Shown here piece by piece: positions 19,938 through 28,661 of a DNA stretch of 64,000 bases. Position numbers and translations under genes: made by a program. This DNA comes from Phototrophicaceae bacterium (GTDB taxonomy: Bacteria > Chloroflexota > Anaerolineae > Aggregatilineales > Phototrophicaceae), in NCBI GenBank assembly GCA_965249085.1, contig OZ252218.1:501859-565858 (forward strand), written 5' to 3'. The notes under the pieces were generated by a model. It did not search any database, was not told where the DNA came from, and worked only from the letters and a program-made list of their open reading frames with translations. Every line of letters starts with the position of its first letter. The first letter of the stretch is position 1.

Positions 19938-20591
19938 TTAGGTTAACTCCAACAGGACCTTGTGCGGCAACACCAGACGCAGGCGGTCTTCCAATTCACT
20001 CAGCAGCATGGCGGTGGCGCCCCAGACCTTGTGTCCGACCATATCATAATAGGGCACACGTACTTCATGGCCGCGGATAATCCGCTGCTCAGCACGTTTA
20101 AAGCGCGGCTGCAGCAAGTCTTCCAGCGCAAAGCAGAAGACCTCTTCCACTTCCACGAGATTGGGGACGAAAGCGGGCAAGCCATCGTATCGCGCAACCG
20201 TGGGAAAAACATCATGGTGAGATGCCGGAATATAAAAGCGCGGCAAACTGCCCAATACAGATACGCGCCCGCCGCAAATGCCGATTTCCTCGTATGTTTC
20301 CCGCAGCGCCGTAGCGGTCAGGCTCTTGTCCTGCTGATCCTGCTGTCCGCCGGGAAAGCTCACCTGGCCGCTGTGACCGCGCAGGCTGGCGTTGCGCAAG
20401 GTCAAGACGACATTTAGCCGATCATCACGGTTGAGGAAGACCAGGATCATCACAGCCGCACGCTTCGGGGGCGTATTCCGCTTCTGCCAGCCGCGTGGAT
20501 TGGGCGCCATCCGCTGCTGTGCCTCTACCGAGTTCTCGGCCCGCAGCGACAGCGCCTGCCGGATGTGCTCAAAATCAATCAGTCTAGCCAT
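19938..20591 (-). CDS. NUDIX hydrolase, CoA pyrophosphatase type
   Basis: SGQVSFPGGQQDQQDKSLTATALRETYEEIGI is a Nudix box preceded by the NuCoA-type LRxxxxHxGQVxFPGG motif. Confidence 0.8.
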   Translation of the reverse strand: MARLIDFEHIRQALSLRAENSVEAQQRMAPNPRGWQKRNTPPKRAAVMILVFLNRDDRLNVVLTLRNASLRGHSGQVSFPGGQQDQQDKSLTATALRETYEEIGICGGRVSVLGSLPRFYIPASHHDVFPTVARYDGLPAFVPNLVEVEEVFCFALEDLLQPRFKRAEQRIIRGHEVRVPYYDMVGHKVWGATAMLLSELEDRLRLVLPHKVLLELT

Positions 20592-20888
20592 GATTGCGGT
20601 TCGTGTTTATCACCAAACAAAACGAATGGGTACTTGCCGGGCGGCTGGCTGCGTGATTGCGGAGTTGAAGCAAGCATGAATCAATTGAAGAACTCATTAG
20701 CGCGTGTCGGAAATCAGTTGCCGGTCCACTGCGCTATTGGAGAGACGATACGCGGGCCGCGCTGCCCTTGAGCGGCATCGGGGGAGAAACCGACCTAAGA
20801 CAAAAGCAAATGACGCGGGATAGCAGATATCGCCATCGCCACGCCACCGAATGATTGCGCATGCAGTTGATCAAGCAAGGTTAACTGG

Positions 20889-21158
20889 TCAGACTATTGC
20901 GTACCAAGCCCGGCGCTTGCGCAATGAAACGCCCGCTTCCGCACCACTGCGCCGCGCTGTTCGTACGCGCCCGCGCGAATCGATATGAACCTGCCCCGCC
21001 TTCTGCAACCTCTCGAATTCTTCCGGCGTGATCGCCGGGGCGGGTTCGCCACCCAGGCGCTCCAGCCGATCTCCCAAATCGTCGGCCGACGCACCCTCAG
21101 GTGAATCGCTCATGTTTTCGTCCAGGCTATCGTTCGGATTCTTATCTTGATCGCTCAT
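20889..21158 (-). CDS. Small hypothetical protein (acidic N-terminus, basic C-terminus)
   Basis: ATG 21158 preceded by GAGGAAAGAG gives MSDQDKNPNDSLDENMSD.... No recognisable domain. Confidence 0.4.
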   Translation of the reverse strand: MSDQDKNPNDSLDENMSDSPEGASADDLGDRLERLGGEPAPAITPEEFERLQKAGQVHIDSRGRVRTARRSGAEAGVSLRKRRAWYAIV

Positions 21159-21438
21159 CTCTTTCCTCGGTTGTCGCGCCCTGAGGCGATACGCAGTTGT
21201 TCGACTCAAACGTTCCGCGCTTGCCACTACCAATACATAGTTTAGTCTATAGACGCGGACTTTGCCAAGTTCAATTCATTGCGCATTGTCATTCGCACGT
21301 ACGTAAGGCTGCCAGCGGTCGCGAGAAACCTCGCTTGCGTCTGTGTGGCTCGGGCGGTTGCGCTCTGCTCTGTAATACGCAGTTGCGGACGAAAAGTCGT
21401 ACTAAGTGCCGAGCGACTGTCACCTTATGACAAAGCGA

Positions 21439-22221
21439 TCAACCAAACTGTCCCCTTGCCAGACCCTGATAGCATTGCAGCGCGCGCTCGACTACCGTAT
21501 CAAAATCGTCCAAGTCTCGGAGATCGTCGTAGGCGACGTAGAGGCCCGTGTACGGTTCGGAGATCGCTTGCGCCGGTACTTTCAGCGGAACCTGGATATA
21601 ACCGGTCGGCTCTGACCAGGCATAGGCATAAATGTAGGGTCTATCCAGACCCGGGCTAAAAGGCGCGAATCCGAAAGCTATCTGCGGGTCGCTGTGCTCG
21701 TTGGCACCGCCGCTCGGAAACCAGATGAAGGCCAGGTCGAAGTGATGCGGCCAAAGCACGATCGGCGTCATGAAGCCGCTCAGTTTGCCGCGAAATCTCG
21801 CCAATGCGCCGTATACGGCATTTAGCGTCTGCAAGTATTCTGCTGCCATTGCCGGCTCAATTTCAAACGCGGAATCGTGCGTAATATGTTTCATGGACGG
21901 ATTGATGTTGTAGCCGCAGTCGCCGGAGATTGTCAGCAATCGTCGCATGAGTGACATCTGGGAATGATCACTGACATCGAAGGCGAATACCGTGTTATCG
22001 CCGCGGACAAAGCGCAGTTGCAGGTCGGCAAAGTCAAAGTGAAGCACACCGCCGCAGCGCATCCTGGTTGTCGATATGCCCGTGGCCGTCACGTCAAGAC
22101 TGAAATGCATGTCATTGGGCAATGGGTCTGAGCAAGCCACGCGAATCGCGCCGACAACCTGCGCGATCTGATGCATTGCGTCACGCGTCGATTCCCAATT
22201 TATCAATGTCGCTAGCGCCAT
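21439..22221 (-). CDS. Conserved hypothetical protein, DUF5996-like
   Basis: Its layout resembles DUF5996 (N-terminal W..T...MH.IAQVVGAIR, central FDF...L, C-terminal F.GK.S....LWPHHFDLAFIWFSG). The family assignment is from memory only. Confidence 0.45.
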   Translation of the reverse strand: MALATLINWESTRDAMHQIAQVVGAIRVACSDPLPNDMHFSLDVTATGISTTRMRCGGVLHFDFADLQLRFVRGDNTVFAFDVSDHSQMSLMRRLLTISGDCGYNINPSMKHITHDSAFEIEPAMAAEYLQTLNAVYGALARFRGKLSGFMTPIVLWPHHFDLAFIWFPSGGANEHSDPQIAFGFAPFSPGLDRPYIYAYAWSEPTGYIQVPLKVPAQAISEPYTGLYVAYDDLRDLDDFDTVVERALQCYQGLARGQFG

Positions 22222-22493
22222 TTCGCCATTCCTCCGAACTTGTACTCTCGATAGTGCTCTTGACCGTACTTCCTTATTATTAATTGTGACTTGTAAATAT
22301 TAGGATCTGCTAAGCTCACGCTAAGCATTGCTACACTCTGCGCTAAGAAATCCAAGCCGAAGTGCTCCGTCTTCCAAATCATTGTACACTGTGTATCAAA
22401 ATCCAGGGCAGAATTGGAGAAAGCTGTTCAATGATCAATCGCCGATCCTATGATACAACCTATGGGGCTTTCATTCCTGAGGAGATCAGCTTG

Positions 22494-23690
22494 ATGAATC
22501 GTTATCTGTCCAAGAGCGTGAAAAATCTGCGACCATCCGGCATTCGGCGTTATTTCGACATCGCCGCCACCATGACGGATGTGGTAACGCTCGGCATCGG
22601 CGAACCGGATTTCGTGACACCGCCGCACATCGCGGCAGCCGGCCAACAGAGCTTGCGCGATGGACACACTGGTTATACCTCAAATGCGGGGATTTTCGAA
22701 TTGCGGGCGGCGATTGCCAATCTGATTGAGCGCCGATATGGAATTCGTTATGAACCTGAAAATGAAGTACTCGTCACAGTGGGAGTCAGTGAGGCGCTCT
22801 TTCTCGCATTGAAAGTCCTGCTAGATCCGGGTGATGAAGTGCTGGTGGTCGAGCCTTGTTTTGTCGCCAATCCCGCATTGGTTGAGACTGCCGGCGGTGT
22901 TCCGGTCTCAGTACCTACGTCGTCAGCAAACGACTTTCAAGTCACGGCGGAAGCTCTCAAAGCGCGAATCACGCCGCGGACCAAAGCAATCTTACTGAGC
23001 TATCCCAGCAACCCGACCGGTGCCATATTGACGCGCCAGCATCTATTGCAGGTGGCGGCCGTCGCCGAGGCACATGATCTCGTCGTGATATCGGACGAGA
23101 TTTACGAACGGTTGGTCTATGGAATCGAGCATATTAACTTCGCGACGCTGCCCGGAATGTTTGAGCGCACTATCGTACTGAGCGGCATGAGCAAGTCCTA
23201 CGCGATGACGGGTTGGCGAATCGGTTACGTCACGGCGCCGCGCTCCTTCAGCGAAGCGATGTACAAGATCCATCAGTACCTGATTATGTCAGCGCCGACA
23301 ATGGGACAGCACGCCGCATTGGAAGCAATATGCCAGGGCGAAGACGATGTCGAAGCGATGCGGCAATGTTATGATCGACGCCGGCGGCTGATCGTTGATG
23401 GCTTCAATCGGCTTGGCCTGACCTGTTTCGAACCCCGCGGCGCATTTTATGCCTTTCCTAGTATCACGATCACCGGCATGGATGACGAGTCGTTCTGCGA
23501 AGAGTTGCTTCAAGAAGAACGCCTGGCCTTAATCCCGGGCAGTGCATTTGGCGCCAGCGGTCAAGGTTTTGTCCGGGCCAGCTATGCCACCAGTGAAGAA
23601 ACGATCATCGAGGCGCTGAACAGGTTGGAACGATTCCTGGTGACGCGCGGCGTTGTGTCGCGCGCGAGTGAAACGTTACTAGTGACGTAA
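22494..23690 (+). CDS. Class I/II pyridoxal-phosphate aminotransferase (aspartate/aromatic type)
   Basis: MNRYLSKSVKNLRPSGIRRYFDIA..., the PLP-lysine context SGMSKSYAMTGWRIGY, and NPTG. ATG 22494 lies behind GAGGAG. Confidence 0.85.
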   Translation: MNRYLSKSVKNLRPSGIRRYFDIAATMTDVVTLGIGEPDFVTPPHIAAAGQQSLRDGHTGYTSNAGIFELRAAIANLIERRYGIRYEPENEVLVTVGVSEALFLALKVLLDPGDEVLVVEPCFVANPALVETAGGVPVSVPTSSANDFQVTAEALKARITPRTKAILLSYPSNPTGAILTRQHLLQVAAVAEAHDLVVISDEIYERLVYGIEHINFATLPGMFERTIVLSGMSKSYAMTGWRIGYVTAPRSFSEAMYKIHQYLIMSAPTMGQHAALEAICQGEDDVEAMRQCYDRRRRLIVDGFNRLGLTCFEPRGAFYAFPSITITGMDDESFCEELLQEERLALIPGSAFGASGQGFVRASYATSEETIIEALNRLERFLVTRGVVSRASETLLVT

Positions 23691-23721
23691 TTGCGAATTC
23701 ATGGAATATGGTTTGCCACCG

Positions 23722-23747
23722 CCCCGGTCTAGATGCCGGGGTTTTTC
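23722..23747 (+). terminator. Rho-independent terminator after the aminotransferase gene
   Basis: CCCCGG (23722-23727) pairs with CCGGGG (23736-23741) and is followed by TTTTT. Confidence 0.65.
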
Positions 23748-24080
23748 TATTCTCAAAACGATCGCGACAATTCACATGGCTTCGCATCCTCGCATTGCAA
23801 GTCTGATATTCTTCCGCCAGACAAAATGTCTCGCCGGTTGAGGCGGAAATTGTTGCTCTCCAACCCATAGATGTGCCATCATTATCGTATGCTTGGCGTG
23901 AGGCGCCGTGTTGCAGTCGGCAAGTAACCCCTACGTTTGTGAGCGCCGATCAACTGACAAGGGGCTGCGGTGGTGTATATGGTAAGATTTCAGTTTGTTA
24001 CGTGCCATATGCACACTTGCGCCTGAGAACTTTTGTGCTAAGTTAGATTCCGTATTCGATTTCTGCACGGGAAATTCAAG

Positions 24081-25538
24081 ATGGGCGAGTGGAAAACGGT
24101 CATCGGCCTGGAAGTGCACGCCGAGATGGAAACCGAAAGCAAGATGTTCAGCAGCTGTCCGGTGGTCGACCGCGTCGAAGCGGATCCCAACTCAGCCGTT
24201 GATCCCCTGTCCCTCGGCTTGCCCGGCACTTTGCCGGTGATCAACATGCAGGCGATGGAATTCGGCATCATGGTCGGCCTCGCGCTCAACTGCGAGATTC
24301 CGCCTGTCAACCAGTTCGCGCGCAAGAATTACTTTTACCCCGACCTGCCCAAGGGTTATCAGATCAGCCAATATGACCGGCCGCTGGCTATCAACGGCTA
24401 CATTGACATTGAGCTTGAGGAAGGCGTCGCGAAGCGGATCCGCGTGCGCCGCGCCCACATGGAAGAGGACACGGGTAAACTCACGCATGTCATGGGCGGC
24501 AGCCTGGTCGACTACAATCGCGCCGGCGTGCCGCTGCTGGAAATCGTCTCCGAGCCGGATATCGCCAGCGCCGAAGAGGCGGAATCCTATGCGCGCAAGT
24601 TGCGCTCGATTCTGCGTTACCTCGGTGTCAACAGTGGCGACATGTCGAAAGGCGTTCTGCGCTTCGAAGCGAATGTCAGCGTGATGCACGAGAGCGATAC
24701 CCAGCTGCGGGAGCGCACCGAGATCAAGAATCTCAACAGTATCCGAAACATGGGCAAAGCCATCGACTATGAAGTTCAGCGACAGATCAAGCTCTATGGT
24801 CAGGGCGAGACGGTCAAGCCGGCCACCTTGGGCTGGGACGAGACGGCACAGAAGATAACCGTGCAGCGCTACAAAGAACGCGCTGACGAGTATCGCTATT
24901 TCCCCGAGCCGGACTTGCCAATTGTTGAAGTCAGCCGTGAATGGGTTGACGAGATCGCCGCCGAGCTGCCCGCCCTGCCCGACCTGCTGCGGCAGCGCTT
25001 CGTCGATGATATGGGCTTGAGCGCTTACGACGCCGGCGTGCTGACTGCGGAACGCACGGTCGCAGATTATTTCCAGGCTGTCGTTTCCGAAGGCGTTGAC
25101 GTCAAATTGGCGGCCAATTGGCTGACTTCGGATCTATTCCGAATGCTGAACGCCAACGAACTTGAGCGCGAAACCATCGATTCGATTCCGATATCGGCCG
25201 CCTCCTTCGCCAACCTGCTCAAGCTGGTAGAGAGTGGCGCGATCAACCAGAGCACGGCGCGCAAAACTGTCCTGCCGGAAATGTGGGATACCGGCGCGGA
25301 TGCCCGGGAAATCGTCGACCGAAAGGGCTTGGCGCAAATCTCCAACCCGGACCTGATCGGCGAGAAAGTGGACAACGTATTGGCCGAAAATTCGGACATG
25401 GTTGGGCGATGGCTCGCCGGCAACGACAAAGTGATCAATGCCATTTTCGGCCGGATCATGGGCGAGATGCGCGGCAAGGGCGACCCCGCGATCGTCCGCC
25501 GTATCTTGCAGGAACAACTCGAAAGCATGAAAGAATAG
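24081..25538 (+). CDS. gatB: Asp-tRNA(Asn)/Glu-tRNA(Gln) amidotransferase subunit B
   Basis: WKTVIGLEVHAEMETESKMFSSC..., NYFYPDLPKGYQISQ and a C-terminal GatB/YqeY domain. Confidence 0.92.
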   Translation: MGEWKTVIGLEVHAEMETESKMFSSCPVVDRVEADPNSAVDPLSLGLPGTLPVINMQAMEFGIMVGLALNCEIPPVNQFARKNYFYPDLPKGYQISQYDRPLAINGYIDIELEEGVAKRIRVRRAHMEEDTGKLTHVMGGSLVDYNRAGVPLLEIVSEPDIASAEEAESYARKLRSILRYLGVNSGDMSKGVLRFEANVSVMHESDTQLRERTEIKNLNSIRNMGKAIDYEVQRQIKLYGQGETVKPATLGWDETAQKITVQRYKERADEYRYFPEPDLPIVEVSREWVDEIAAELPALPDLLRQRFVDDMGLSAYDAGVLTAERTVADYFQAVVSEGVDVKLAANWLTSDLFRMLNANELERETIDSIPISAASFANLLKLVESGAINQSTARKTVLPEMWDTGADAREIVDRKGLAQISNPDLIGEKVDNVLAENSDMVGRWLAGNDKVINAIFGRIMGEMRGKGDPAIVRRILQEQLESMKE

Positions 25539-25564
25539 CCAATAGACTTTGGGAGAAAATCAAG

Positions 25565-26026
25565 ATGACATGGCATCAAACAATCATTGTAGGCAACCTG
25601 GGCCGGGATCCCGAACTGCGATACATGCAGAACGGACGCGCCGTCTGCAACTTCAGCGTCGCCGTCTCGGAAAGTTGGCGCGATCGTCAGACCGAGGAAC
25701 GGCGCGAGAAAACCACCTGGTATCGCGTGGCCGTTTGGGGCGCGCAAGCCGAAACCTGCAACACCTATCTGTCATCCGGGCGGAAAGTCATGGTGATTGG
25801 CAATGTGCAGGCGCGCGGCTACCTGAACAACAATGGCGAGGCGGCGGCGTCTCTCGATCTCACCGCGCGTGACGTGCGCTTCCTCGGCAGTCGCGACGAA
25901 GGACAGCAAGGCGGCGGCAGGAGTGGCGGCGGTCAGCAGGGTGGACAGCGCGACAGCGCGCCTCGTGATGACCGCGCCTCAAACTGGGCTGAACCACCGG
26001 GTTCGGTCGATGACATTCCCTTTTAG
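25565..26026 (+). CDS. ssb: Single-stranded DNA-binding protein
   Basis: MTWHQTIIVGNLGRDPELRYMQNGRAVCNFSVAVSE...TTWYRVAVWG is an OB fold. It has a Gly/Gln-rich linker and the canonical acidic tip ...DDIPF. The upstream part of track ORF 25283-26026 overlaps gatB and was rejected. Confidence 0.92.
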   Translation: MTWHQTIIVGNLGRDPELRYMQNGRAVCNFSVAVSESWRDRQTEERREKTTWYRVAVWGAQAETCNTYLSSGRKVMVIGNVQARGYLNNNGEAAASLDLTARDVRFLGSRDEGQQGGGRSGGGQQGGQRDSAPRDDRASNWAEPPGSVDDIPF

Positions 26027-26074
26027 TTTTGAGCGTCCGCGTCTAGTTTTGGCTGATCGAAAACGGCGCTGCCC

Positions 26075-26821
26075 GTGTCCAACTTCAGCGTCGATCTAGA
26101 GGGAAAGACTGCCCTGATAACAGGCGCGGGGGCCGGTAGCGGTCGCGCAATCGCGCTTGCCCTGGCTTCAAGCGGCGCCAAGGTTGCGGCGGCCGATCTC
26201 AATATCGAGCGCGCCGAAAGCGCTGCCGAGCAGATCGAGCGCGGCGGCGGCACTGCGATCGCGCTACATGCCGATGTCTCCAATCGCTTCCAGGTCGCCA
26301 ACATGATCGAGCGTACGCGCGATACATATGGTGGAATCCAGATACTGGTCAACGCTGCCAGCGCCTTCCGTGCCGAACCCATGCTCCAGATCGATGAATG
26401 GGATTGGCGGCGTCAACTTGAAGTCAATGTCACGGGCACATTCTTCTGCATGCAATTGGTCGGCCGGGTGATGGCGGACGAAGGCGGCGGGGCAATCATC
26501 AACCTGATTTCCGCCGATGCCTTGCGTTCAACGATTCCGGCCGGTATCGGCTACATCACCGGCGGAGCGGGCGTCATCGGCATGACGCGCCAGGCCGCGC
26601 GCGAATTGGCGGAGGATAGCGTAAGAGTCAATGCGATCGCGGGAGGGAACCTGCGCGATGTCGATGCGTTGATCACCGCATCGCCTTCCAGCCTGCTCGA
26701 ACACGGCGGGACGTCGCAGGATATCGCTGGCGCCGCGCTTTTCCTCTGTTCCGACGCCGCCCAGCACATTACCGGTCAAATACTCGTGGTTGATGGCGGT
26801 CGCTCGATCGCAGCTGAATAG
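26075..26821 (+). CDS. Short-chain dehydrogenase/reductase (SDR) family protein with an atypical active-site motif
   Basis: TGAGAGSGRAIA Rossmann motif, NAAS, and a FabG-like length. The Y-x-x-x-K position reads Y-I-T-G-G. GTG start at 26075. Confidence 0.8.
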   Translation: MSNFSVDLEGKTALITGAGAGSGRAIALALASSGAKVAAADLNIERAESAAEQIERGGGTAIALHADVSNRFQVANMIERTRDTYGGIQILVNAASAFRAEPMLQIDEWDWRRQLEVNVTGTFFCMQLVGRVMADEGGGAIINLISADALRSTIPAGIGYITGGAGVIGMTRQAARELAEDSVRVNAIAGGNLRDVDALITASPSSLLEHGGTSQDIAGAALFLCSDAAQHITGQILVVDGGRSIAAE

Positions 26822-26862
26822 TCCGGCAGCGCAGCACAGCGATCCGTTTCCCCAAATACCGT

Positions 26863-27294
26863 TCACTCGCCGGTCGAGCCAAAACCACCCGCGCCGCGCT
26901 CGGACTCTGAGAGATCTTCAAGCGTTTCCACGTATTCAACTGATTCAGTACATGCCGGCGCCACCAGCAGCTGCGCAATCTTCTGACCGGCGCGAATCTG
27001 AAACGTGTCAGCACCCAGGTTCACGACGAGAATCTTCAGTTCTCCGCGATAGGCACTGTCGATCACGCCTGCAAGCGTATGCAATCCGGCCGCTGCCACA
27101 CTTGAACGGTCTTTCACCAGACCAACAAAACCTTGCGGGATTTCCAGGTGCAAGCCGGTTTCGACCAGTGCGCGCTCTTGTGAAGCAAGCGCGCAATCGT
27201 CGATGGCATACAAATCGTAGCCGGCATCGCCGTCGCGGGGCGCGGCGAATTCGACGTCCAGGGCTCTCATTTTCACGTTGCGATACACGCGCAT
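26863..27294 (-). CDS. dut: dUTP diphosphatase
   Basis: GDAGYDLYA, GLVKDRSS, GVIDSAYRGEL and the C-terminal RGAGGFGSTG are the five dUTPase motifs. Confidence 0.9.
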   Translation of the reverse strand: MRVYRNVKMRALDVEFAAPRDGDAGYDLYAIDDCALASQERALVETGLHLEIPQGFVGLVKDRSSVAAAGLHTLAGVIDSAYRGELKILVVNLGADTFQIRAGQKIAQLLVAPACTESVEYVETLEDLSESERGAGGFGSTGE

Positions 27295-27303
27295 AGCGGC
27301 GAT

Positions 27304-27822
27304 TTACCTGGTATCAATCAGTCGGAAATATTCGTCAGCCAGCGCTTGCCAGGGCGCCAGATCCCAATAACGCCGCGCCGCGCCCGACGGGGAAGGCGCC
27401 ACGTAGACGCGCGTCCGTCCCACGAACTGATCCTGCCAGCCATATGTGACAGCGGCCGCTGCCGATTTGCGGGTCCAGGCGCGGCAGGCAGTCTTGCTGG
27501 TAAATGCCAGAATCTGCGGTTGAAAGCAGCGAATCTTGTCGCTGAGACAATCTGCCCCGAAATCGGCCTCCGTCAGCGTATGATCGGCGCCAGCGCTATA
27601 CTTTGCCACATCGGTCAGCCCGATACTCAGGCGCAGCAAGGCGCGAAATTCGGTCGGCGCGAACCGCCGAGGCGTCAAACCTGTCAAATGAAGCGTAGGC
27701 CAGAAAGCATTCGTTGGGTTGGCGTAATAGGCGCCTTCCCGCGCCGATACCACGCTGGCCGCCGTCCCACAGAAGACCAGGATCAAACCGCACTCCAGGA
27801 CATCGGGCAGTACCTCAATCAT
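27304..27822 (-). CDS. Uracil-DNA glycosylase superfamily protein (Mug/TDG-like)
   Basis: LILVFCGTAASVVSAREGAYYANPTNAFWPTL is the UDG-superfamily motif 1 region. ATG 27822 overlaps the MBL stop (ATGATTGA). Confidence 0.65.
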   Translation of the reverse strand: MIEVLPDVLECGLILVFCGTAASVVSAREGAYYANPTNAFWPTLHLTGLTPRRFAPTEFRALLRLSIGLTDVAKYSAGADHTLTEADFGADCLSDKIRCFQPQILAFTSKTACRAWTRKSAAAAVTYGWQDQFVGRTRVYVAPSPSGAARRYWDLAPWQALADEYFRLIDTR

Positions 27823-28594
27823 GCAATTCCAGCCCACTATCGACTACGATCAAGTTTTTCTGATGGGTCTCATGGTAGAATTCCTCGAGTTTGGGCGGAA
27901 GCACGAACTCGAGGTTGCCGACCAAAGCCCTCAAATAGGCCACCGTCGCCTCAAGACATTCGCGACCCGGCACGCTGCCATGAGACGGAATCGCAAGCTC
28001 CAGTTCGTCCTTGCCCGCCCACAGCTCGAGCGAGGCAAGCCAACTGCTCAGCAGCCGGGAGCTGTTGACAACCGGCAATGGCGTTTCGATGGCGTCGCCG
28101 CCGAGCAACACGCCCCACTCCGGAATCCAGCCGACAATGCAGTCGATCGTGTGCCCCGGCAAATGATGCAATTCCAGCGTGACGCCGCCCAAATCCAGCG
28201 AAAGGCGAGCGGTAAAGGTGAGATTCGGCGGCACGAGATCGACGCTATCCCACCTGCCTGATTCCGCCAACTGCTTGCGGCGCAGCAGTATGGGAATATC
28301 GTCGTCGAAACGCTTCAGACACTCAGCATGCGCGATGATATTCAGGGGCTTCCGCGCCAAGCCGGCAGTTCCCCAAATATGATCCCAGTCGCCATGACTG
28401 TAAACCACTTGAAAGGGCTTGTCGCCTAACAGCGGTGTCAGAAGCTGCATGTCGTTGGGATGGGTCAATGTGTCCCAGACTACCGCTTGCTTGTCGCCGA
28501 TGACGACAACCGCGCGCACCTGCATGTCAGGCGCTGACACATGCAAAGTCCATAGATTGGGGCTGACTTCTTGAAGCTGCTGCATCTCGATCAC
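27815..28594 (-). CDS. MBL-fold metallo-hydrolase
   Basis: The VVYSHGDWDHIWG (HxDxDH-type) motif and later His/Asp ligands (HHLPGHT). Confidence 0.8.
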   Translation of the reverse strand: MIEMQQLQEVSPNLWTLHVSAPDMQVRAVVVIGDKQAVVWDTLTHPNDMQLLTPLLGDKPFQVVYSHGDWDHIWGTAGLARKPLNIIAHAECLKRFDDDIPILLRRKQLAESGRWDSVDLVPPNLTFTARLSLDLGGVTLELHHLPGHTIDCIVGWIPEWGVLLGGDAIETPLPVVNSSRLLSSWLASLELWAGKDELELAIPSHGSVPGRECLEATVAYLRALVGNLEFVLPPKLEEFYHETHQKNLIVVDSGLELHD

Positions 28595-28661
28595 CCGGAA
28601 GATCTACCAGCCAGGTTGTGGACTCCACCGCTGGCGACGGGCGCTTGAGCCAAACCTGCGG

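Noticed and set aside
19662-19946. A 94-aa plus-strand ORF in the spacer between the CNNM/CBS gene and the NUDIX gene.
   Set aside because: It has a basic, low-complexity composition and no RBS, and it runs into the convergent NUDIX gene end. It is more likely a promoter or 5'-UTR region of the CNNM gene.
23748-24080. The 330-bp spacer upstream of gatB was inspected for a riboswitch, T-box, tRNA or small gene.
   Set aside because: I saw no conserved riboswitch core (for example a TPP CTGAGA context or a T-box specifier/T-box sequence), no tRNA-like T-arm, and no convincing ORF. It is left unannotated.
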